A stretch of 64,000 nucleotides of DNA from Vicugna vicugna (taxonomy: Eukaryota), in assembly GCA_013265495.1 (NCBI GenBank), contig MU058531.1:1046678-1110677 (forward strand), in the 5' to 3' direction. The notes beneath the pieces were generated by a model that had not been told where the DNA came from, ran no database searches, and saw only the letters and a list, made by a program, of their open reading frames with translations. Each line of letters opens with the position of its first letter. Positions within the stretch are counted from its first letter, which is position 1. The position numbers and the translations under genes are program-made. Shown here piece after piece: positions 34,106-46,530 of the stretch.

Positions 34106-36410
34106 GATGTACTCATTTGATATTTATTTGGCCCTATTATGTGTCAGCCATTTTTTTAAGGCTGAGATATACCAATGCTCACAAGAGACAAACTCTCCTA
34201 CCTTTGTGGGGTTCTCTGTTTTACTGTTATGTAAGGAAAACTCAGGCAGTATAACATGCTTCTTTGGCATGGCCAAAGGAAGGTCAAGGAAGGTGTCAGT
34301 CGCGCATGAAGTTGTGAAGGATGGAGGGTGTGGGATGGGGAATTAGAGAACCTGACTTTTAATCCCAGCTCTGCCTGGGGCTAACTGAGTCCTTTCAACA
34401 ACTCCAGTTATCAAAGAAAAGTTTTGAACAAAATGATCCTGGGCCCCTAAAGTTTTATTAAAGTCTCAAAACCACCAAATCAAAAGATAGAAATAAACAT
34501 TAATTAACTGCAGCATCACATGCGGACAGCAGAGTTAATTCTCCAGAGCCTCTAAAACAGAAAATGGCTCATGAAGCCTTCATGAGCCCAGTGTATTCCA
34601 ACCATTTTTAAGACATGCCCCACTTGATAAATATAAAAATCTCACACCTTCTGTTAACGAGAATAGAAATGTCAAGATCAACTGGGGGCCCATACCAGTG
34701 AAAGAAATGGTAATTTTGAATATGCTTTTCCAGACTTCCCTAGGCCTTAGAAATTTTGATAAGGCTCTTTCCCTCCTTCTTCCCCTCTGAGAATCTCTGC
34801 CTGGGTTCTTGTTTTACTGAGTCCATGTAGAAAAAGTATCAATAAATGGGAAGAGCTGTCAGTGACTTTTCATTAAAATTCTTATTTCCCCAAACAATAT
34901 GTTCTCTTTTAGGCTTCTGCACTAATTCCTGTAGTTGTAGTAAGGCAGAGCCTTTCACGATCAACATTCTGAGACAGTGATCAGATAAGTGGACTGCTTA
35001 TTATAACTCTGAGAAGAATGGATGTGTGGGAGAATCAGCTAATGTGAACTGATTCCCCTTCCTGCCCCCAAACTTTCTCAAAAGCCAAACTGACTTCATG
35101 AGATGAACTTGTACTGAATGGACAGTGGGATGATGGAGAGTTTGCATTGAAGTGGTTTTTGAAAAAGAAGGCTGATTGTCATGGTAACGCTCTGAAAAGA
35201 TTTTGAGGCAACTTTAGAATTACTTCACATCCAGTTCTATAGGACATCCACTTGGGGTGAGAGATAAGTGCTTTCTGTGACTACAAATGTATAAAGAGAA
35301 TCCATTTAACCTTTTTAGCCAATTTATTAAAGCAGAGGAGAATTATTTTTAAAATGCAATTTCTGACTTCAAGTGAGGAGTGTTGGAAAAACATTTTCTT
35401 GGTGTAGTTTGGAGTTTCCAAATACAAGAGAAAAATGCTGCAAGACATCTTAAGTATGGGTTCTTTGGGAAGAAGAGAAGTTGAGAGCCAGGCAAAACAC
35501 TGAGCAGCTATTGAGTCCTTTCCCTGCCCATCAGAAAGGTCCAGGCTCAGGTAGTTGGGGACCCTCTTACTTTAAAGATTAAAACTTACCTTTGTAAACA
35601 TCTCGATGTTTAAAATCTCAGTGCAACATAGTTGGATTTTTTTGTTTGTTTATTTGTGTTTTTTTGTGGTTTACCTAAATCTTGGCAGTTCAGCCTGTTT
35701 GTTTCATTCTAGCTTCAGGAAAGATCATCACCCCCAAAACACTGACTGAACACTTTTTACAATGAGTTTTGTTAGATCAAGAGGAGAAAAAGCTAAAAGG
35801 TGAAGTTTCTGCCCTTGAAATCTTACAGGAACAATCCCTTCCATCAGCTCAAAACCCTTCTTATATCTAGGTATTGTTAAACTCTTTAGAACATCAATTT
35901 TTAGAACGTAGAGAGTTTCAGTTCTGTCTAACCCAGTCTCCTAATTAAACACAGTGGAGCAAGTGATACTGGAAGAGGTGAAGTAGTTCATCCCAAATCG
36001 CGCATAGAGTCAGGATCCAAATCCAGGTCTCCCTACTTCCAGGCTACTGCTCCGTCCCCAGATTAAAAGTATCTCAGTTATTTTTCTTCACAAAGAGACA
36101 CTACCTGCTAGCTAGTGCTCTATTCCTTCCAAAGTAAATGCCCACACACGTATCATTTCATGTTTTGTCTCCTCCTATACAGTGCTTTATAGCTTGGTCA
36201 TTTAAAAATGTATATAGGCTCCCATTCCTTGGAGACATAGCTGATTCCAGGTCTGGAGCAGGGAAGGTACAAGATGACCTCATACACCGCGTGCCAGAAA
36301 GCAAGGAGGTACTCGTGGACTAAGGGGGAGCTTGCCCAAAGGAACAGCTGTAAAGGGCTTCTTCTCTCCGAATTTGGGATATGTCGAGTGTCAAAAAGAA
36401 TGATGATGGT

Positions 36411-36525
36411 GGAGGAGGGTATAGCTCAGTGGTAGAGTGTGTGTTTAGCATGTGCATGGTCCTGGGTTCAATTCCCAGTACCTCCATTAAAAATAAGTAA
36501 ATAAACTTAATTATCTCTCCCCCCA
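36411..36525 (+). mobile_element. tRNA-derived SINE (camelid Vic-1-like) with 18-bp TSD
   Basis: ggagggtatagctcagtggtagag...ctgggttcaattcccagtacctcc; TSD aaaaagaat(g/a)atgatggt at 36393-36410 and 36526-36543. Confidence 0.9.
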
Positions 36526-36945
36526 AAAAAGAATAATGATGGTAACTTATGAATGAAACAAATAATCTATTGAGCCCATAGTTATACTAAATAAATAAAT
36601 AATATAAATATATAAACAAGTAAATAAATAGAGAAAGGAAAGGGGAAAGTTCTTTACAGAAGAATGCCAGCTAATTAATGTAGCAAGAAGGATAAAATTA
36701 GGAAGTTCACTGTGTTACAACCCCCAGTGAAATAAGTGATTCAAGCAAAGTCGTCAGTGAATGCTAAAACCATTTTCTAAAATGTCGTTGGGTGTCAGGA
36801 TATTCTCATAGCACTAAAAGATCACACAGAGATTACATATTAAATACTAAAGAGCCGAAAGCACCTTTACAATGAAGAAATCCAGTAGGCATCACCTTCA
36901 CAAGAGACCAAACTTACCAAGAAAAGTGAACTTCTCTTGATAGGC

Positions 36946-37029
36946 AGGGAACTGTATTCAACTATAGTCAATATCTTGCAATAACCTATAATGGAAAAGA
37001 ACCTGAAAAAGTGTGTGTGGGTATATCTA

Positions 37030-37062
<33 letters not shown>

Positions 37063-37153
37063 ATGTGTATATCTGTATCTATATCTGAATCTCTTGGCTG
37101 TACACCTGAAACTAACACATTGTAAATCAACTATACTTCGATTTTTTAAAAAA
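36946..37153 (+). mobile_element. Short cetartiodactyl L1 3'-end fragment
   Basis: cagggaact..caatatcttgcaataacctataatggaaaagaa...gctgtacacctgaaactaacacattgtaaatcaactatacttc. Confidence 0.8.
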
Positions 37154-38934
37154 CAGAAGTGCTAGGGACCAGGTATCTATTTTTTAAAACTTTCCAGCTG
37201 ATTCTAATTTTCACCCAGAATTGGGAATACCATCCCAGGGTTTAGATTTACACGAATATGTATGTATATGTACAATATGAAGTTGTAGTAAACAAATAAG
37301 TTATCCTTATTATGGTCTCAGAATTTTGATTGTTAAAAGCTCTGCCTTACTAAGACTGTGGGGGAAAATACATACATCATATATGTAACTCATCCATTCA
37401 AAAATGTTTGTTTAGTTTATTCCTGTGGGAAAGCCTGACAGTATGCATTTCCTGAAGTGTTGTAGTAAGAAGTCACGTCATTTAGGTAATATTCTTGCCA
37501 AAAATGCTTAACCTGAATCCAATCATGAGGCAACATGTAGACAAATCTAAAATGTTGGATAGTCAACAAGACAACTAGCTTGGGCTCTTCAAAAAGTCAA
37601 CGACTTGAAAAAGCAAACAAAAAAGAAATGGGGGATTGTTCTAGATGAAAAGAAACTAAAGAGATGTAACAAACAAAATGTGTGAACTTTGGCTGGATGA
37701 TAGAATTTAAAGAACAAAAGCCATAAGATACATTTTGGGGCCAATTAAATCTAAATTGGGGCTGTATTTTAGACACCATATTTGTCTTATGACAGTTTTC
37801 TTATGTGTAATAATGGTTTTGAGGCAATGTAGGAGAATGTCCTTATTCTTAGGAGATACATTCTGAATTATTTAGGGTGAGGTGTCATGATACCTCCTTT
37901 CAAATAGTTCAGCAAAAACAGTGAGGGTCAGGGAGGAGGGGAGGCGCGGAGAGAAAGAGAGAAAGGTGGAAAGAAAAAGCACAGCTGTAAAACATTAACA
38001 TTTGAGTCAAGGTGAAGCGTATACAGGTGCTCATTGTACTACTTCAGTGTTTCTGTAGCTTTCAAAAATTAAAAATAAAATAAAATGAGACCTCTTAGTA
38101 AAATAGGAACTGTAGGACCTAAGTTCCATGAAGCAAGGGATGTTTTGTTTATTCTCTCACTGGTGTACCCCAAGCCCCTAGAACAACCCGCTGGCACATA
38201 GTAGGCACTTAGTAAAGATGCGTTTCATGAAAAAAAGACAAAAAACGTGGCCCCAGCCTGGTGTCAGAGGGATGGATGGAAGCCACAGAGTGGGCGTGTC
38301 TGCCCAGTGGCGCCCAGCCAGTCAGCGGGGTTCTGAGCTCCACCCGGGAGGCTCCTGTGGCCAGTGCTCCCTTAGCTGCATCTGCCTTTCCTACTGCCAG
38401 CTGGGCGGAAGGTGGGGGAAAGAAGCGTCACTCAGCCAAAATGGCTCACTCGTGACCTGCTTTCTCGCCACGTGCCACAGTCCAACCGGAGATGGCAAGG
38501 AGACGTTTCTGATAAGAGTATTAAGGGATGTACGCTCCCGTCAGCGCACATGGGTTCCGTCACCTCGTGGATTCAGGGGAAAATGGGGACGTTTGTTAAA
38601 CCTCCTGGATCACAAGATCCAGTAGACCCCAGGCAGCTGGTGAAATTGAAAGTCTTACAGGAAGGCAACAGCTGACCTTTTTTTTTTTTTTTCAATCGCT
38701 TTTAATGCCACCAAAACAATAGATTGTTTTTAAAAGATGAGATTTGTACGATTCTATGAGTTGAATGGCTTACTATTTCGTTTCTAAAGGCTGGGATTCA
38801 GGAAACATATATTAAGAAATGATAAAATATGAATTCAAAAAAATGCCTGGAAAGTTAATGGAGGAGGAGAGCTGCGGGTGATGGAGTCGAATGTTGATAC
38901 AGTGGCTCAGCAGACAGCCGGCCAGCTAGAGGTG

Positions 38935-39068
38935 TCTTTCTCTCCTTTTTCTTTCTCCTTCTCTTCTTTGTTCTGTCTCTTACTTTTGCTGTCTCCTTTC
39001 TTTCCTCTCTTCACCCCTTTTTCTTTCTTTTTTCTTTTTGCCCTTTTTCCTTTCTTTTTCTCTCTCTT
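38935..39068. repeat. Pyrimidine-rich (T/C) low-complexity tract
   Basis: ~130 nt that are almost exclusively T/C on +. Confidence 0.85.
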
Positions 39069-42000
39069 AAAAAAATCATGTGAAACTCAAGCTGACCCCA
39101 GCCTCCACCTCTCCTACTTCCCATAAGCAGAGCCATGTCCCTCCTAATAGCGACTGTTTGAGAAGGAGGTTCAGACCCTTTTAACTTGGAAAATCCCCCC
39201 AGGTATGTCATCTTTCCTGTGTAGACCTGCAAGGGAGGTGATTTTACCTCTCCCTCTTGGAAGGAGCCTGGCAGTACTTTCTGAACTGAATTCACATAAG
39301 AAAGGGAAGAGCCTGTTTGGAAGAACATACTCTTCTGTTGCCAACACAAGCAGATCTTTTCGAGAGGAGGGAAACTGTCACCCCTCCAAGATCTTTGCTC
39401 TCCTTCAGAGCCCAGGCGCTCAGGTTTCACAAAGGAATTTATAGAGCAGACTGACGCCTCTGGGGTTGGAAGGGGCTCAGGACTGCGTGGAGAGCGTGAA
39501 GAGGGACAGGCACCCCTCTCTGCTTTGTGTGGGCTGGGGATTGTTTACCAGGGGATGAAAATGTCCTCTCACTGAAAAGGAATGTTTGGCAAGGAAATGA
39601 CCTCTGTAGGTTCAACCCAGTGGCTCCCTGGGGAGTCAGTTTGAGTTAGTAACAGATTAGAACCACCAACCTGGACAGAGCGTGCTGGGAGGGGCAGGGG
39701 AGGGGGCTGGGATCACAGGGGCTTTGTGATGTTTAGAGCAACTCCTGCCTTCAAAGGGCAGCAGTCCTCCTGGCAAATTATATTTTGAGAAAGAAAGAAA
39801 AGGAACTGAGAAGGGAGAAATCATAATGAAAAATAAATGTTTCCTACTGTATCGCTTAGCTCAGAGCTGGTCCTCGGTCCTTTGAAAACCATGTTTGGGG
39901 ATACTGAGGTGGTGTGGGGTGAGTTGCTCTGGTGCTGACATCGACATTTGGGAGAAGTGGAGAGAGATGACATCTTTCCTTATTTGGTGGCTCTGGGAGC
40001 TGCATACCCTCTTCATCTCTCTTCCCATTAGAACCTGGCCCTGGTCAGCAGAAGTCCAAGCCATTCCACAGCCCCCACCCTTGGTACTTCCTTATCTCGG
40101 AGTCTTCACTGTGGAATTCCCAGGCCCACCCCAGTGCTCCGGATGTGCCTCAATCTATGGCCTGCCACTTGGCTCCTCTTGTGATGACAAGCAGATAACA
40201 TAGTTCACATGCCTTCTCCTTTTCCTGCATACCAGCCGGACCCCAGCTCCAAAAAGGAAACGCACCACAAACCGAGAGAGATGGAGTTTTATTTTTATAT
40301 AGGCATTGTTAAGACTGCTGTAAGCCTAGAATTGTGGAAAATGCTTTCCCATGTTGCTGCAGTTAATCCCCTCAATCATTCCAGGATTTTTACAGATAAG
40401 GAAATTAGTGGGTACCAAGGTTAATGAAATATCCACAGTTCCATAACAAGTGTGTGTGTGTGTGTATGTGTGGAAGGTGAGGGAGGTGGCCAGATTCAAA
40501 CCTGAGACTGACTCCAAGTCCAGAGCACTTTTACTGTAGTTAAATCCCATCACAGCTAAGCCTGACCCCCATGGCAGTCATTCTCAAGATTTACCAAGTT
40601 CGGACATCATTAACTTCAAGACAAGCATTCTTTCGTCAAGGCACGCTATCGAAAGCTGCACTTTTATTATTCATCAACATCTCTATGGTTACAACCAAAA
40701 CTCAAATGCAGTTTACAAAGATTCCATATCTGAGAAGCAACAAGAAAACAGAAAATATTTGTTAAGCACATCAGTAAATGAATAAGTGTAAACATGAAAT
40801 AAAGTGGCAAGAATATGCCCAAGTCAATAAATATGGAGTTAGATGCCTCTTTTAAAAGACAGATGCTCTTATAGGGGGTAAAGCAATACGAACCAAACTA
40901 TCAGCTGTTTGTAGGGACATGACTGTACCAGGATGACTTTGAGAGGATGAAAATAAAGGATGGACAAAGAGATACCATGTAAATGCTACCAAAATATGCA
41001 GAAGGGGCAATATTACTACCAGACAGAACAAATTCAAAGCAAACAGCACTAAATGAGACTAAGAAGGATGAGAAACACCACCCAACAAGAATTTCTACCT
41101 ATAATTAATTTTTATGCAGTCAAGAACATAGCATCAAAATATCTGAAGACCAAATCTGTGTCCTCAGGCATGCTGAGAACAAGTACACAGAGCAAAAAGT
41201 ACTGTTTGGACCCAACAGGATCCTGCTGTCTCTTCCAGTGGGTAATTTATATGCGGTGTATTTAAAGCAAGGAGCTTAAGCTCAGACTTCCAGATTGGAA
41301 AGATTCAAAGTATTTCAGGGAGAGCTTATTTACGCTGTATGAGTATTTTACGTCAGGGAAGCATTACAACAAATAGACCGTGAAAAATCACACCACATCC
41401 TAAGGAAAAACAAAAGCCACAGAAGGTTCTTGGAGTGTCTCTTCAGGAAATCCTCAAGCACCCAAGGCCCTTGCCAGTTAGGGCAATGTGTTCATAAATT
41501 TCCCCTAACAAACTCATTCCAGCATCAGAAAATGACAAATCATTCAAACTTTAAAGGATTGATAGCTAAACTCTTCCAGGACTGTGGGCATGAATCCAGG
41601 AAAGGAGTTTATGCCAGAAAATGGAACCCCTTCCTGCCAGAAATGGAAATAAAGATAGAAAGAAACCCAGTGACTTCATTTCAACTCACATCTACCACAT
41701 TTTAGGCAAGAGAGTGAGGAGGCAGCTTAGAGCTTCTCACAGATGAGATGAAATTCTTTGAAAAAGTAAAGAACTAAAGTGTTCAGTTCTTAAATGAATC
41801 TCATCTTCCCCAGCAGGGTTGGGTTAGTGGAGGAAAGAGGTTGAGAAGCTAAGGAGGGGAAAGGTTGTCTGTGAACCAGACACCTAGATTCCAAGTGACG
41901 TCTTTAGAGACGGCACAATTTGAATTGATGGGAAAACCGAAAACTAGTAAGTGCAAATCTAGAATATTAATTCTGCTAAGTGTAAATTAGACAGTGAATA

Positions 42001-42079
42001 AGTCAGAAACCCTTGAAGGACAATGAATGTAGTTGAGCTCACTAGTGCCTTATATTCTATACCCAAACCAAAAAAAAAA

Positions 42080-42240
42080 AACCAGATACATATTACTATA
42101 TATAAAATTGATAAACAACAAGGACCTACTGTATGGCACAGGGAACTATATTCAGTTTCCTGCAATGAGCTGTAATGGAAAAAAGTCTGAAAAAAAATGC
42201 ATGTATGGGTATAACTGAATCACTTCCCTGTACACCTGTG
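42080..42240 (+). mobile_element. Short L1 3'-UTR fragment
   Basis: tactatatataaaattgataaacaacaaggacctactgtatggcacagggaactatattca. Confidence 0.8.
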
Positions 42241-44634
42241 GAAATACAGAATGGAGACCCTACTAGGTCACTGACCAGCAAGGGTTTTTGGTGTGTGAAT
42301 GAGTTGAACACACACATACACGTATTTGTATTTGTGTGTGTATAGAGATAGACAGATATTAATTTGGGGTCTCTTTCTATCTCTCCCTCTCCATTCCTTG
42401 TGCTCTCTTTTCTCCCTCTCCCCTCTCTGGTCTCACTCTGTGCCTGTTTTTCATTCCCTGCGTGTCTGCCGGTAGCTGGATCTTCTCTCTGCTGTCTCTC
42501 TGTGAGCTCAGTCATAGGCTATCTGCCCTTCCTCAGTCTGTCTTCCTCCCTTCCTTACTCCTGCCTTTTGGTCTGGCTGTGGTTTTCGCCCCTGCTGCTA
42601 TGATGTATTTTCTGTTGACGGACTGAGCATTCAGGATGACCAAATACGGTAATGGTTGCAGTCAGGGTTGAGATCATAGTAGCCAGGCAATGCTTTGACC
42701 CTGCACGGTGCTCAGGAAACTCAGGACTGTCACAAACACTGGGCCACCTCGCATCCAGGCTCCTGAGACCAAGAGGAGCCAGAGAGGCGTAGCCAGACCC
42801 GTTTATAAAAGGCATCAGAGGCTCTCTTTTGGCAGCTGCTGCTTGTTACAGTTCAGTCGATTTTCTATCCCAAAGCAATTTACATTCATGTCTCTGTTAC
42901 GACCACTTTGCTGTGCCCTTACTGGGGGCAAGCCATCTTCCTTAGAATCATTTAGATGATTAGAGTAAATCCACTGGCTAAGGAATGCTCAGGTACAACA
43001 ATGAAACTATTGAAGGATTTTTTTTTTTAATTCACTCTCCTTTTAGAAGAATGTTCAAAGAAATTGCCACATCACAGTACTGAAATGTCAAGAATTCCTC
43101 TCATGTCTTGCCATGGCTAATGCCAGGAACATTCTAGAACACTGCAATTGCTTGTTCCTTAGGGTGAAGGATAAAGGATAATTTTGTTTGCCTGAGCTTT
43201 AACCCACCTGAGAAATAGTTTTCCAAGGTCCTCCGTAAGAAAAAGGCTGACTGGAAAACGTTCAACCAACCTATGGGGAAAACACTTTTTTATTAAAGAG
43301 CTTTGCTTAATCAAGCATTCCTCTATGGCATTTTAGGGATTTCATTTTTACTGAATCCTTCCAGAACCAGCAGAAAAACTTCAAAATGGACAGCACTAAC
43401 TTCAGCTGCAGAAGACAGTTGCACTGAGGATTAGAAGAGACAGGCTATAGTGCAATATGTCGAGGGTCCAGCTTCGTTTTTCTGTATTTCCCTTTTGTGA
43501 TTTTTTTGTTTTTTCAAAGAGAAGTCCAAATCAGAAAGGCAGGGAAGCCTATCCCTTGAATTCATGGCTCATGAAATTGATTAGAAAGGTCTTTTGTGGA
43601 AGGGCTATGTAGAGCATGAAATTTACCACCGAAGACAAATTCTAAGCTATAATAGGACTTTTCCCTAACCCAACCTGTTTATTAGCATTTATTGAGCACT
43701 CACTGTATGCCATGTCCTGGGATAAACATTAATTAGCTCATTTAATCTCACAGTAATCTTTTTAATACAGATATGATTAATATTCCCTGTCTTAGAGATA
43801 AAGAAACCAAGGCTGGTGGGTTAAAGTAATTTGTTTTCATGGCTAGGGAGGCAGCTGAAGGGTAGAAGAAAGTGGATCAAGTTTGGATTGTGAAGATCTG
43901 AGTTCAAGTTCTGTCGACTTAAATTGGTTATCTTGAGTGATCTTGAGCTACCGGTTTTCTTTTTTTTTTTTCCCCATTTTTTCAACTATAAAACTGAGAT
44001 AATAAATCCTATCATTTGTGATAAAGATGAGAATGTCTATGCAAAAAATAATCTTTATAAACCCTAAATTGAAATGATATAGTATGATATTTCTGGGTTG
44101 GATTTCAAAGAAGGAGAGGAGCTAGCTGGCTGGCAAAAAGAGCCCTCAAGAATTTTAAGAAATCACAGTTTTTACACAGTGGGTCCCAGGAAATGACCTA
44201 GCGCTTTGACTAACTTCCGGGATTTAGATAAATCACACTTTTTTTTAAAACTTTTTTTGTCTCAGCTATTAAACGAAGTTAGACTAGATGTTATCAAATG
44301 CCCCTTTGTCTCCCTAGATATTTTGATTTTTGACTGTTGGTTTGCTTCAATTTATGTTTTCATATTTAGGTAGGAATATAAATTAAAATCAAGAATATTA
44401 TGGCTGGAATTTCAATTTTGAAAAAATGTGACATGTGAAGACTCCCAACACTTGGAATTTGTAACTAACATGTATGAAATCACTCAAAGTGACTTTCAGA
44501 ATATTTTTATCTGTCATCAGATTTGAATAGAAGCATCTGAATGCTGAACTTCAGATCTTCAATGTGTTGTAACCGCTCATTGATTTCCAGTTGCAGTTTC
44601 AGCTTGTGAAAACTTGCCTGTTACTCATGGTTAC

Positions 44635-45606
44635 TGTATTAGTTTTCTTGGCCTGCCATCACAAACAGCGTGGCTTAAACAGTAGAAAGTTATTTTTCTC
44701 TAGGAAAAGTCTAGAAGCTAGAATTCTGAGATCGAGTTATTGGCAGGACTGGTTCCTTCAGCAGGTTTTGCGGGAGAGTCTATTCCAAGCCTCTCACCTA
44801 GCCTCTGGTGGGTGACTGGCTGTTATGGGTTGAATTATGTGCCCCTCAGATTTGTATGTGGACATCTTAACCCTCAGGATTTCAGAATGTGACCTTATTT
44901 AGAGGTAGGGTGTTTATAAAATTAATCGAGTTAAAAGGAGGTCTTTAGGGTGGGTCCTAATCCAGTATGACTGGTGTCTTTATAAGAATGGAAAATTTGG
45001 ACAGAGACACATACAGAGGAAAGAGGATGTATAGGCACAGGGAGAAGACAGACATCCATAAACCAAAGAGAGAGGCCCGGAACAGATTCTGCCTCACAGC
45101 CCTCGGGAAAGGCCAACCTTGCCAGCGCCTGATCTCAGACTTCTAGCTCCCGGAACTCTGAACCAGTACACTGCTGTTGCTCAAGACACCCAGTTTGTGG
45201 TAGCTGGTTGTAGTGGCCCTAGGAAACTGACATACTGACAAGCTCTGGGATTCCTGGGCTTGCAGATAAATCACCCTGATTTCTGCCTTCACGTTCACAT
45301 GGCGTTCTCCCTGTGTGTGCACGTCTGTCTCCAGATTGCTCCTTTTGATGAAGGATATTTCATGTTGGATTAGGGCCCATCCCCTACTACAATGTTACCT
45401 TGTCTTAACTAATTATATCTGCTACAGCCCTATCTCCAAATAAGGTCACCCACTGTACTCCAGTATGATTTACCCTACTCCAGTAAGACTTCATCTTAAC
45501 TAAGTACATCTGCTACAACCCTATTTCCAAGTGAGGTTGTATTCTGCAGTCCTGGGAGTTGACTTTAACATGTGAATTTTGGGGAGATACCATTCAACCC
45601 ATAACA
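44635..45606 (-). mobile_element. MLT1 solo LTR split by a second MLT1
   Basis: Starts tgtattagttttct and ends attcaacccataaca; same family as 4010-4466. Confidence 0.8.
44821..45234 (+). mobile_element. MLT1 solo LTR inserted in opposite orientation inside another MLT1
   Basis: tgttatgggttgaattatgtgcccc...gccctaggaaactgacata; TSD-like ctggc/ctgac. Confidence 0.85.
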
Positions 45607-45907
45607 CTTATGCATTGTGGTAGACTGAAAGATATGACCACAATATTTTACAGCCCCTCACAGCAAGAGGTGGAGTCTTTTCTCTCAAACGTTGAGTGTG
45701 AGCAGGACCTTGGCGGACTCTGACTAAGAGAACAGAACAGCGTTGATGCTGTTTGAGGTCTGGAGCCCAGGTCTCAAGAGTCCCTGCAGTTTTTGTCTTC
45801 CCCAACTTGGGCTGCTGCCCAGGGACCGCCATGAGCAGAAGCTGGTCCCACCTCCACGAGGACAAGAAGCCTTGTGGAGGGAAACCAGTGTGCCCCGGTC
45901 AACAGCT

Positions 45908-46170
45908 AGGGGTGGGAAGGAATAAATCAGGAGTTTGAGATTTGCAGACACTAACTACTATATATAAAATAGATATACAACAGGTTTCTTCTGTATAGCA
46001 CAGGGAACTAAATTCACTATCTTGTAGCAATCTATAATGAAAAAGAGTAAGAAAACAAATATATGTGTGTATATATATATATGCCTGAATCACTATGCTG
46101 TACACCAGAAATTGGCACAACATGGTAAATTGACTATACTTCAATTAAAGAAGAAAAAGAAAAAAAAAAA
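45908..46170 (+). mobile_element. Cetartiodactyl L1 3' end with poly(A)
   Basis: ggagtttgagatttgcagacactaactactatatataaaatag...tgactatacttcaatt plus A tail. Confidence 0.85.
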
Positions 46171-46219
46171 GTCAGCAACTGCCAGGCATATACGTGAGAC
46201 CATCCTGGACCTTTTAAAT

Positions 46220-46530
46220 AGGGGTTGACAAACTGCAGCCCATGGGCCAAGTCCAGCCCAGCAGTTTGGATAGCCTCTGTGCTGAGAATGACTTTAACCA
46301 GCCGAATGTTGGAAAATATCAAAAGAATATTTTGTGACTCATGAAAATGATGAAATGCACACTTCAGAGTCCACAAATAAAGCTATATTAGAACATAGCT
46401 ACACTTGACTTGTTTACAAATTGTCCGTGGTTGCTGTTGTGTTATAATGGCAGACACGAGTATTTGTGAGAGAGACCATTAGACCGTAGAAACCTAAAAA
46501 AATTCACTTCTGGCCCTTTAAAGAAAAAAC
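46220..46530. mobile_element. MER58-like hAT-Charlie element
   Basis: aggggttgacaaactgcagcccatgggccaagtccagccc...tctggccctttaaagaaaaa. Confidence 0.7.

Larger units (their letters stand above)
36227..38085 (+). mobile_element. Old L1MC-type 3' region, interrupted by a SINE, a young L1 fragment and a duplicated segment
   Basis: ccttggagacatagctgattccagg...; gccaaaaatgcttaacctgaatccaatcatgagg; gagaatgtccttattcttaggagataca are L1MC-type 3' UTR motifs. Confidence 0.7.

Noticed and set aside
36411..36490. tRNA-like sequence with A and B boxes
   Set aside because: Has an A-rich tail, a TSD and two further diverged copies in the window, so it is a SINE and not a functional tRNA gene.
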